From: Balanoglossus misakiensis
Lineage: Eukaryota; Animalia; Hemichordata
Length of the DNA: 64,000 nucleotides
Assembly: GCA_040954595.2 (NCBI GenBank)
Contig: CM082589.2
Coordinates: 10,738,894 to 10,802,893 of the forward strand
Direction of reading: 5' to 3'
Shown here: positions 13,027 to 24,011 of the stretch, piece after piece
How the letters are laid out: each line of letters opens with the position of its first letter
Numbering within the stretch: position 1 is the first letter of the stretch
The notes under the pieces: model-generated
Seen by the model: only the letters and a program-made list of their open reading frames with translations
What the model was told of the DNA's origin: nothing
Database searches by the model: none
Program-made: the position numbers and the translations under genes

Positions 13027-13099
13027 CGGAAAGCGGTCTTGGATCAGGCCTAGGTATTCTCTTCCTCCTCCGGCATACGTTGAAATGCTGTGTTTAAGA
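13027..13099 (-). ncRNA. Putative 73-nt internal exon A of a spliced, structured transcript
   Basis: Minus strand shows branch point TTACTAAT, acceptor TTTGATTCACAG and donor CCG|GTAAGC. It differs from the duplicate exon at 19754-19826 by one base. Confidence 0.6.
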
Positions 13100-14276
13100 C
13101 TGTGAATCAAATATATGCTTATCAATTAGTAACCAATCAACCTTGCTTTAGAATTATTTGGGCCATACTAATTAGTGAAAATATGCAAAACATGGTATAA
13201 TATAGGGTCAGACTGTGCTGCGATAATGTACGTGGAATACGAATCAGAGAAATCTGTAACAGCGATCTTGAAACTCCATTTACATCAGTACTGCAGTAAA
13301 GTGGTCCACATGGGTATACCACAAACATGGCAGTTAGGTGACAAGTGAAACTGACATCATATCTGTAAACGACAGGTGTACACACACTTTGACATCTACG
13401 TAACACTGTACAATGATTTCTTAATGTTTGTTGTGAAAATGAAACTTACATTTGATCCACCTCACTTTTCATACAACTGATTAGCGCAAGAATGTAAATT
13501 GTTGGCAATTATAAAACATTTATTTTACTATAGAAAAGTAAGCCTTTACATTTAAACTTTGAATATCAGTATACTAAAATGTTTCAAACGTGGCTGTCAG
13601 TATATCTCATGGCATGGTGGCAGAAGTACATGTTGTTACCAGGGAAGACACATTGAACATAGACAAGCGCACTAGTCGCTTGGTGATTTTTCATCTAGAT
13701 TCTCAAAACTTTCTGTGCATTTGGTAGCTTTGAGCAAGTTTCTGGTACTGAGCTGAGTTTCGAATTTGGAACTGGGCTGCTTTGGCTTTGATTACCATGG
13801 GCCAATATGATCTTATGCACACATTTTTGAAAAAAACTCCAGCCTGTTTGTGTCGTGATCTATATTTTTCTTTGTGGCCTAAGGTATTGTTTTATTTCAC
13901 TATAAACAACATTACTTTCCTTCATGTGTCTATATATAATAATAGATCTCTTAGCCAGTTTGATGAAGCATAGTGTTGGACTAGCACACTTTCAGCCAAA
14001 ATTACGGTATCTCCCCGTGTATTGGTATGGGAGTAATTTCTAGCTATATGGTTAAGGAAATGCATCCAAATTTAATTTATGCTTCACATGAAGATTTGAA
14101 CTTGACCATTTAATTCATGTCATCACGATCATATCACAGGCAATCGAGGCTAGAATTCGAAGGAAAAAAGTATTGATAACTGGAAGGTGTAAATTAGTTC
14201 GTAGACATACATTGTTTCCTATTGTTTCGGTTGTGCCACGCCCGATAAAAGCAAATATACAGCAAGTCATGCTTAC

Positions 14277-14351
14277 CATTGAGCGGTCTTAAACTCGCCC
14301 CAGACGAGGAAGAGAATCCCGAGTTGAAATGCAGACAATTTCAGGCAGCAT
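14277..14351 (-). ncRNA. Putative 75-nt internal exon B, paralogous to exon A with a complementary centre
   Basis: Branch point TTACTAAC, acceptor TTTGATTCACAG and donor ATG|GTAAGC. It shares GCATTTCAAC and AAGACCGCT with exon A. Confidence 0.6.
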
Positions 14352-16749
14352 CTGTGAATCAAATAGATATAGAAGTTAGTAACCAGTCATAGTAGCTCTA
14401 AGTTGGGTGTAAAAGTCTAAGTTGGGTGTACTAACTCTCCTTGTTAACAGTAACTTTCAAAGAAACTGAGCAATTGGTTAAAAAGATTTGCTATCCAAAA
14501 ACAAAGAAATTTACAACAAACTACCTAAATATTGACAACCAGAATTTAATCAAAGTTGCACATACATGTACATGTGTTATGAAATTGTTAACTAACTTCC
14601 AAAGCAATCAGGAACCAGATATTAACTGAATATGCTCACGTGCAGTACTGTGATTGGTTGACAGAATAACAAGATTAGAAAAACCAGTTTTAAACCATTT
14701 TGGTTTATAGTGTATATGGTGTAAGGGTTGTGTGTTGCACCATTGTGAAATGTAAACATGTTTGTGGAATTGTTGCCTTGTCAATTTTTGTAAGGGGTTA
14801 TGAGTCATGTACCCCATCCTGAACTGCATAAAAATAATAAGTCTATGGAATTCTAAAACTCTTTGATCAAAAATGGCAAGAAATATACCAAAAAGTATGA
14901 ATATTTCACCAGATTTCAACAAATCTGATTTCTGTTCATGCCTAAGAACCTCTTTAACAAGTTTCAATAAGGAAGACATTTTGGCAAACAACAGGAAATT
15001 CAGACAAATCTGACTGATATCACATATATGAATTCCCATTCAAAGTTTCCAACCAATTGGACTTGTGGTATTACCGAAGACTATTTGGCCAAACCCTGCA
15101 GAAATTCCCAAAAAATGCAAATTTCATTACAATTTGATCATATCTGACTGAGATCACCCCTAGAAACCCAAATACAAAGTATCAAAACAATTGCACCTAC
15201 ATTTCACAGGATTGGATTTTTTGGCAAAAACAGGAAATATTGCCCAAAAATGCATTTTTGCAAATTTCACCACCGTTTGCACAAATGTGATTCAGGTAAG
15301 CCCTATGAACCTCCATACCAAGTTTCCAATCAATTGGACATGTAATTTCAGAGAAAATTTTTTTTAACAAAACTGCAGAAAATTCCCCCAAAAATTCATA
15401 AAAAATAGGAAACGCCAGATACTGACTCCACCTGAACAAAATCATACTAGGTCTTCCCAAAGTACTTGCACACCAATGCACGCCAATTTTTAACTTAATC
15501 TGATCCGCTGTTATTAAGTTTTTCAATTTTGACTATTTGAACATTTTTCCAGTTAATACCAGTATGCATTTTTTCGCAATAACAATTTCTATGTACACAC
15601 TAAATATCAGTAGTTTCAAGTTTTTGATGTTGATGGACATACACATACATACATCAATACATTAAGACGAAACTAATCCATTCACAAAATACATAATTCT
15701 GTATGAGGCACACATACAGACATACATAGCCGACGGACACCAACTTATGCTATAAGCTGACATTTATATACATGTTAGCCAAAAACCAAAATCAACCTCA
15801 AAATAGACATTAAAATATATTGCACCACCATGAGAAGACAAATTCATTTTTTGACAAATTTTCTGGGGCGTCATTGATATAGCATGGCATATTGTCAAAG
15901 TACGTAGGCTCTGTGATAAGATTCCATACACACAAAATGGTAACCTTGGAAGTCCAGCTGACGTAGTTATGCAATGGCGTCTCGTGTATTCCGTCGCCAA
16001 AAAATCATCGTAAACTAATTGATAGTCGGGGTCACAATTCAAGACGACTTTCTCTAAATTCTTTATGAATGGATTAAATCGAAATCGAAATGTTGACGTA
16101 TGACATACGGAATGAGATCTGAACAGACATTCAATGTTATCATTCTCGCTCGATCACATATTGGGTAGGCCATCTAGCAATCGCTATATAGTATTGGCGA
16201 TAACAGACTGTCTATAAACACACAAAACGGATTTTACTGTTGAGTGTGATCAACCGCCATGTTATTTTTCTCTGAACAATAGACAAATAGAAAGCCTGGT
16301 GACATTTTGAGATTGACTGCGTGAGGACCACAATATGCGTGAATCATTTACGGTTTGTCTTGATGAATGGGTCACGTCATAGTCATAACGCGGATTCGGC
16401 TGCACGCCAACTATCCGCCATATTGTCTCCACTAACTTACTCGTAAGTAGTTTCAAACTTCATTTGAAAAGAGTATTCGTCTGACGGTCCTGTAGATTAA
16501 CAATTTACGCTCTATGAAGCAACTAAACAACGTTAGCTTCCTTGTGGATTCACGTAGGGAAGTTATTCGTAACGACGGGTACAGCGTCTGAGCATGGACA
16601 GAACCACGGCAATATCGCCAGGAATGTCTCATTTCACAGCGCCCTCAAACAGTCGATCTCCTCAAATTATCGTTTCCACTGGTCATATATGCAGCATTAA
16701 CGAAAGCTCTCATAGACAACCATGTAATAGAAAAATTAAAACTTTAATA

Positions 16750-16938
16750 ACTTCATTAATATCAAAGCCACACCCACCAAAACCTTTTCAGTTCTTGCCA
16801 TATGATATCTGAACCTGTGTACTAAATTTGGTTGAAATCGGTTCAGCGGTTCTTGAGATACCGGGTATACAGACAGACACACACATACACAGACATCGCT
16901 AAACTATAAGCTCACGTGATTTTCAGGTGAGCTAAAAA
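16750..16938 (+). mobile_element. 3' end of a second HINE/Helentron-like family
   Basis: An ACAG/AC microsatellite is followed by the hairpin AGCTCAC-N11-GTGAGCT and then AAAAA. The left boundary is not determined. Confidence 0.65.
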
Positions 16939-18413
16939 TTGGGTTACCCCTAGGAATATTCCTACCATATTTCAAAGCCATCAAAAAAGCAGTTTCAAAG
17001 AAAAACACATTTGTTCAAAAGTGGCAAAAACACAAATATGCAAACATCTCTATAATTGTACACCATCTTACTTCAATCACTACAAGGAACATTCCTGCCA
17101 AAATTCAAAGCAATCTGACAAGGGTTTGAACGGTTTAACAGAAAACAGTTTTTGACAAAGATTGCAAAAAATATCCCCAATAACACAAGCACGCAGTTTT
17201 AACCATTTTTATGACATCTTCCTTGGGTTACCCCTGGGAATCTGCCTACCAAATTGCAAAGCATTCTGACCATAATTGGCAAAATTGCTCAAAATTATAA
17301 ATATGCCTATTTTACAACAATCTGAACAAAAAATATGGTAACTCGGACCACCCATAGGAAGCTTCATACTAAATTTCGAAGGAGTCGGACTATCGCTTTC
17401 AGAAGTGAAGATTTTTTTTTACCAATAATGTGGAAAAAGACAAAAAAAATTAATAAACATTAGAAAATTCATAATATTAGCTCACAACATACAGGACTGT
17501 ATGGGGTTCATTGACATACCAATCTGACCAGTGGTTGTCAAGTTTCTGACTTTTGACCAATTTCACATTTACACAGGTAATATTTTGGCAATGACAATTT
17601 CATTTGAACAAAATCCCATCTACAGCCCCGCCTGCATCTACACACTAAATATGGAAGTGATATGCCCAGCGGTTTTCATCCATTCACTCATACATACAAA
17701 TGCAACTGATTCCATAAGGTCCCAATCGTATATATGTACATAAACCAAATGGGACCTAAAAATTGCTCCAAAATTATAAATACGCAATTTTTGGCAACAA
17801 TTTAAACAAAACTATGGTTGGTAACTCAGATCACCTATGAAGCTTCATAATAAATTTCAAACAAGTCAGCTGATCAATTCCAGAAAAGTAGGTTTTTACC
17901 GACAATGTGGAAAGAGAAAAAAAAAATGCTTAAAAATAGAAAATTCACATTATTAGCTCACAACATGTAGAATTGTGAGAGGATACCATAAGGTACATGC
18001 ATACCAATTATCAATTTTGAAAGCAATTTGCCCAGTAGTTGTTGAGTTCCCAAGTTTTGACGAATTTGACACTTTCCCAGCTAATTTGCATATTTTGGCA
18101 ATGACAACTTCACTGAGACAAACTCCCATCTACTGCCCTGTCTGCACATTAAATATCAAGGTGAAATGCCAGTAGTTTCCAAATGTTTGATGTTGATGGA
18201 CATACAAACATCCATACATACAGGTGCAACTGATCCCGTAAGGTACCATGGTATAAATACATATACCAAATGGGACCTAATAATTCTGATAAAATGCGTA
18301 CATACGTACATACATACAAGTCAGCAATAAGGAGACGGGATAGTGGGCTGGCACTGAGTGTCTATTTCTATTGCAAATTATAAACATGCAGCAAGTGTAA
18401 AAACCACATGTAC

Positions 18414-18485
18414 CTTCAACGTCCTTGGACAACACATTTTTGTAACTTTCCCAGATCAATGGCTAATATTACTTGCCAAAGGCGA
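18414..18485 (-). ncRNA. Weaker candidate 72-nt exon E (48-nt paralog at 11163-11210)
   Basis: Acceptor AATTCTAG|TCG and donor AAG|GTACAT. An imperfect stem CG.CCTTGG.CAA / TTG.CCAAGG.CG brackets the exon. Confidence 0.3.
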
Positions 18486-19753
18486 CTAGAATTTTGAGGG
18501 CCTGATGCAAGTCTGATACATGTACTTCATGATTTAGAGATATGATGAAAATCCTGTCAACCGAATTACAGGGAAATCAGATTTTCCATGTAAAATCATA
18601 TCACCCAAAAGTGTCAAAAATAATTTTGAAACAAAAAGTCTACTCAAAATCATACCAAAATTTAAATGTTAATGCAGTACGTTAGGCAAGCAATTTGAGA
18701 ATGAAGAAACTTACAAAATAATTTATAAATTGTAAATAATTTACAAATGCCGCACACAAACTTACAATTACTACCATATTACTGAACATGTTAAAAGGAC
18801 ATTGTACCAGCAGAGACATTGTGATCGAGCAATCCCCAAGATATACATGACATGGTCTAATTACAAATATTGAATATGTAAAATATGTACACAACACTTC
18901 CAGTCTTACAGTACAGTCAGCTGCTTGTGAACAATAGTCATGTAGCTATTTCATCAAATTTACAGCCCAAGTCTTGCCTATACAATTCTCCCTACTTTAA
19001 ACACGTTTTAAGCTACCCTAAATGAGTGATGAAAATCTCATACGGTCGATAATTTCAAGATGGCCGATTTTTGCCATGTTAAAGAAATGGGAGTTCATAA
19101 GCTAAAATGATGATGGGTCATTCTTGAACTTTTTAACAGAAAAAATAGCAAAAGTGAAAAAAAGTTTAATATGCTAACTACCGAGACAGAAATGTTTGAC
19201 CGAAGGAAGTCATGAAATACAGTAAACATATCATTTCTTCTATCTCTTACTACAGTTGGTTATGGACTTTCCGCCCAGAATGCAATGAGATTTGACACCT
19301 AGCGCAAAGTGAAAAACCTATTTAAGGCAGCCAGAATTTTCTGCATAGTATGACGGAAACATTTGTAAAGTCATGGCTAGCATGGGTTGGCAGGTTTATG
19401 GGACCCGCTCAGGTTCCCTCGAATAACACATAATGCATGATTGGTGACTGATTATTGTTTATTTGTTGATTTTGTCACATTTTCAGAAAAATCCCTATCA
19501 ATCAGTCATATTTGTTTGGCCTTGCTATACAGCGCAATATGAATCTTGTTGACTGAAATTGTTGAGGATAGTGGTACATAAAGGTTACCAATTGGAAAAT
19601 ATTAAAATGATTATTAGTGGTGTCCAACTCTTCATGATAACCAGTTGTGGCTTGCCACCACCATAATTTTAAAAGGGTGACTTCACTATTTGATGGGAAA
19701 AGGTAGCATTTACAAACAAGCTATGGAGCATGTATACAGCAAGGTGTGCTTAC

Positions 19754-19826
19754 CGGAAAGCGGTCTTGGATCAGGCCTAAGTATTCTCTTCCTCCTCCGG
19801 CATACGTTGAAATGCTGTGTTTAAGA
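19754..19826 (-). ncRNA. Putative exon A' (duplicate of A)
   Basis: Same splice signals as exon A, and 72/73 bases identical to it. Confidence 0.6.
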
Positions 19827-20164
19827 CTGTGAATCAAATATATGCAAATATTAATTAGTAACCAATCAACCTTGCTTTAGAATTATGTGGGCCATACAAA
19901 TTAGTGAAAATATGCAAAACATGGTATAATATAGGGTCAGAAAAAATTTCCAGCCTGTTTGTGTCATGATTTACATTTTTCTTTCTGGCCTAAAGTATTG
20001 TTTTATTTCACTCTAAACAACATTACTTTCCTTCATGCGTCTAATATAATAACAGATCTCTTAGCCAGTTTGATTAAGCATAGTTTTGGACTAGCACACG
20101 TTCAGCCAAAGTTAAAGTATCTCCCTGTGTATTGATATGGGAGTAATTTTAGCTATATGGTTAA

Positions 20165-20511
20165 AGGGACAAAGTCTCTCTGTCGCTGTCCTTTTTCCAT
20201 TAATTATGTTTGATACAAGACACTGTTTATGTCAATGTACATTTGGATATATAGTGAATAAATGATCAACCACACAAAACTTCCATCCCGCTTGTATGAT
20301 ATGAGAGTAAAAACTCGCCCAAAATGAATAAATGGTAAAGAACGATTATTCATTTTGGCGAGTATTTTTACTATCGTGTCTACAAGTGGGACGGAAGTTG
20401 TGTGTGGCTGAACGTTCATTCACTATATATCTACATGTAGAATAACAAACGGTGTCTTGTATCAAATATAATTAATGGAAAAAAGGGCAGCGAGAGAGAG
20501 ACTTTGTCCCT
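20165..20511. mobile_element. Non-autonomous Kolobok-type element with long imperfect TIRs
   Basis: TTAA|AGGGACAAAGTCTCTCT...AGAGAGACTTTGTCCCT|TTAA. The empty site TATGGTTAAGGAAATG is present at ~14048 in the paralog. Confidence 0.9.
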
Positions 20512-20753
20512 TTAAGGAAATGCATCCACATTTATTTTATGCTCCACGTGAAGATTTGAACTTGTGAGTTGTCCATCTAATTCATGACATCACGATCATA
20601 TCACAAGCAATCGAGGCCAGAATTCGAAGGGGAAAAAACAGGTACATTGTATTGAAAGCTGGAATATGTAAATTAGTTCGTAGACATACATTTCTTCCTA
20701 TTGTTTCGGTTGCAACACCCGATAAAAGCAAATATAAAGCAAGTCATGCTTAC

Positions 20754-20828
20754 CATTGAGCGGTCTTAAACTCGCCCCGGACAAGGAAGAGAATCCCGAG
20801 TTGAAACGCAGACAGTTTCAGGCAGCAT
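20754..20828 (-). ncRNA. Putative exon B' (duplicate of B)
   Basis: Same splice signals as exon B, and 71/75 bases identical to it. Confidence 0.6.
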
Positions 20829-21030
20829 CTGTGAATCAAATAGACATAGAAGTTAGTAACCAGTCATAGAAGCTCTGCGTGGCAGGGCTGCGTGTTAACG
20901 GCTATACCATAGCTCCCACTGGTAGCTTATAACAGTCTCAATGGTGCCAAAAATCTCCCCAACAACAAAACCAACCCTGGTCAGTTTATTCGCTATCGCT
21001 TTGCCTTAAAAGTTATACTGTAGTGTGTTA

Positions 21031-21446
21031 CCACAGGGGGCTCCTCCCTCCGCGATTTTATTGTTTGTTTGTTGTTGTTGATTGGCATAATAAACAAATA
21101 CATATTTCATTATTAATAAATATGGTTTGTTGACATGTAAGTGTTAGGGTATATTCAACAGTTAGGGTTACTGTTGGCATTTTTTTCGATCCACGGCCCC
21201 GGGCATCACTAAGCCACAGGGGGTGGGGGGGGGGGGTTTGGGGGGGTGATGCCGGCCATGGATCGAAAAAATGCCAACACTAATTCTAACCGTTGAATAT
21301 ACCATAACCTGTCAAATATACCCTAATAACCTAACCCTTACATGTCAACAAACCATATTTATTAATAAAGAAATATGTATTTGTTTATTATGCCAATCAA
21401 CAACAACAAACAAACAATAAAATCGCCTAGGGAGAGCCCCCTGTGG
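21031..21446. mobile_element. Foldback MITE with a 5-bp TSD; superfamily unassigned
   Basis: TGTTA|CCACAGGGGGCTC...GAGCCCCCTGTGG|TGTTA. Inverted arms of ~180 bp surround a G-rich loop. Confidence 0.85.
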
Positions 21447-21689
21447 TGTTACGGTACCACCTGCTCCACAATAACAAAGCTGACTCGAGCCAACGAACGA
21501 CGTACAATTTACTCGCACGGTGTAATATAACGCACAAATTCCATGCGACTGTGAGTTTACTGTTTGGTGCTGTAACGCTTCCCAAAGTCAGAATTTCGAT
21601 GTTGGGGGACCCTCTCGCCCTACCACGACCAGTTTTTGCTAGAAGGAGTGTACATGTACTTGTAAAATAACATTAAATGCCATGCTTAC

Positions 21690-21752
21690 CAGAGAAACGA
21701 CATCATCAAGCATGGAGGCGACCGGGACCTCCATGCTTGATGAACGTCAAAG
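21690..21752 (-). ncRNA. Putative 63-nt exon C, almost entirely a hairpin
   Basis: Branch GCTGAC, acceptor ATCATTGCAG and donor CTG|GTAAGC. A perfect 16-bp stem (21703-21718 with 21728-21743) encloses a 9-nt loop. Confidence 0.55.
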
Positions 21753-21828
21753 CTGCAATGATTTTTCAAATGCAATGGTCAGCGGTACGAGAACGAGGCA
21801 CCAGCTGTGCGTCAATTATGCAACTTAC

Positions 21829-21970
21829 TTACTACTCAATCAGAATCCTGCTTCAACATGACGTAACACTAATTAGTCAAAGAATGCAATGCAACGTATG
21901 TGTGCGGGTGGAGAATGCGCCTCACGTCAATGCAGACACACCAGACACACACACTGAAATGCAAATTGAG
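21829..21970 (-). promoter_or_regulatory. Candidate first exon D and promoter of the minus-strand transcript
   Basis: Tandem GTAAGT donors lie at 21823-21832. CRE-like TGACGTAA (~21859), TGACGTGA (minus strand, ~21922-21929) and octamer ATGCAAAT (~21959) motifs sit nearby. Short motifs like these can occur by chance. Confidence 0.35.
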
Positions 21971-24011
21971 GAATTATGTCACGGTGTTCTTTGGAAGTGC
22001 GAATGAATAAAATATTTCGTTTTCTTCAGTGTTTTTGTACTACAAAAAAAATTGCTAAAAAACGACTAGCAAGCGCTTATGCAATGAAATACAAATAAAT
22101 ATAATTATCGCCAATTGGAAATGGAACGTCAATCCGCATTTGTCAAAAAATAACAGAAAAGACAAAGGAGCTGAGACGTCCTGAAATAAAAGGAATGACC
22201 TCTCTGTTCTGACCTGTATGAGGAAGCCCTATTGTAATACGCAATATGTCGGATCATGCTACCATCCGCCATTCTGATTGGACGAGAGATCAATCCATCG
22301 ATACGAAAGTACTCAATAGAGCACTGCTAAAACTGGCCCCTGAACTAATAGCATGCAACAGGGAAAACTTGACTAAATAAAAAAAAATATAGCTGATAAA
22401 TTTACGGACGGCCGGTTTATTTTTTAACTGCTCTAATGGAACTGTTGTCACTGTCATGCACGATGCATGTCTTGTCATTGCGCACTCGTGTTAACATTCA
22501 TCAGAGCGCCTTTCGATCAATTCGTAACGTTTACATTAGACTCGAGTTCATTTTCGTTATGAAAATGACATTGATATACACAAAGTCGATTACTGATATA
22601 AAATAATAGCAATAACCCTAACCATAGATTAGGCTATAGCATTCCGGTAATTTTTTCAATATCACTCAGGAAGGATTCTATAACATTCTGTTTTGTATCG
22701 GGATGTATAATTTAATATCCATACTACAAAACAAATATCAGCGGTAACTCAGAAAATATTGTTGAAAATTTGTTCTCTGTAGGCCTAACCATGGTAAGAT
22801 AATGCAATGCCGGTAAGTATTTTGGAAGTCAAGGTTGCATTGTATTGTCTGGTGTTCAAATAATCACAAACATCCCGGAAGACTAAATTCTTTCTGTCAA
22901 AACCACTTCTGCAACGACAAGATTTTTCAGGGCAGGCAAAACCATGGCATGAAGACGATATGAAGTCGATGAGTTAATGTTATGTTGAACCCGGCCACTT
23001 TACGTATCTTAACTATTCACACATTGACCATTCTATAATTCTCTCCCTTTTGATGTCTTCTTTGTGGTTTGTTTGTAAAAATGTTGCCTGTGTTGAAACT
23101 TGACTACTTGTCACTTTTGCCTACCAAGAATAATATGACCAAAAGGGGTGGCATGAAATTCTAGACTGTAACAAAACTCGATTTCATGACCCAAAGTTTG
23201 ATTTTATGTGTTTTTGGTTTGGACGTGGCAAAGACATGTAAATTCCGACCACCTATACACCATCCATACATGTATGAATCGACATCATTTATTGCACGAG
23301 AGACTTCAAGCAAGCATTCCATCATCGCAAAAGGACAAAGAGAGAGCGACTTTGTCTCTTTAAAGTAATTTAGCAAGTTCAAAGTGAATGCCCACATGAA
23401 AACCTTTACTCAGCAATTTTTTTTGTAATTAATAAAACTAGGTTTGGTATGTTTTTGCGCTTGTTTTATTTTCCTTTTGTCTATAAATAGTCGTATATTT
23501 TAAAACAGCTAAAATGAGTCAAATGGGGCATTTTTCCATCCCACCTCATCCTAGCTAAGAGCTTCAGTGCCGGTCACCTCCACAAAATTAATTTACCACG
23601 AACAAATTGAAATACAGCCAATCGGAAAAAGTGCGCCACCACATGGTCATTTGAAGACTTTTATGCTCTCTTCTGGCCGTAAACGCATGTGATCTGGAAT
23701 AAATCGAACATCGATCGTGTTTTATTTATTTTCACCACCAGCGAAAATCTACGACGGCCCAACCGCAGATTATTGCTGCTCCATACAACAACCGGCTTAA
23801 ACTGTTCTGTGCATGTGTTTTGTGTTCTGGTGGCGTTTGCGGGTCTGAGACGTCATTTGTAGAAGGCCCTATTCGTTTTCTACCAATAACTTTTACCAAC
23901 CATGCTAGAACTATTTCGTTTTCTTTGACGACGCTTGACACTTTTCTTGCTTTGTTGTTAGTACATGTAGTTTGTTTGTTCGTTACGTCTGTTACTGGGG
24001 TTCTTCACTTG

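Larger units (their letters stand above)
8830..14398 (+). repeat. Local segmental duplication, copy 1
   Basis: Colinear with ~17005-20876. Shared anchors include 8826/17005, 11160/18411, 12790/19291, 13021/19748 and 14271/20748. The copies differ by copy-specific insertions and deletions. Confidence 0.9.
17005..20876 (+). repeat. Local segmental duplication, copy 2
   Basis: Matches copy 1. It lacks the 11812-12595 MITE and 13212-13830, and carries extra sequence at ~19400-19625 and the 20165-20511 element. Confidence 0.9.

Noticed and set aside
13079-13088. CATTTCAA in exons A and B equals a miR-203 8mer site
   Set aside because: miR-203 is known to me only from vertebrates, the site is altered in B', and an 8-mer alone is weak evidence.
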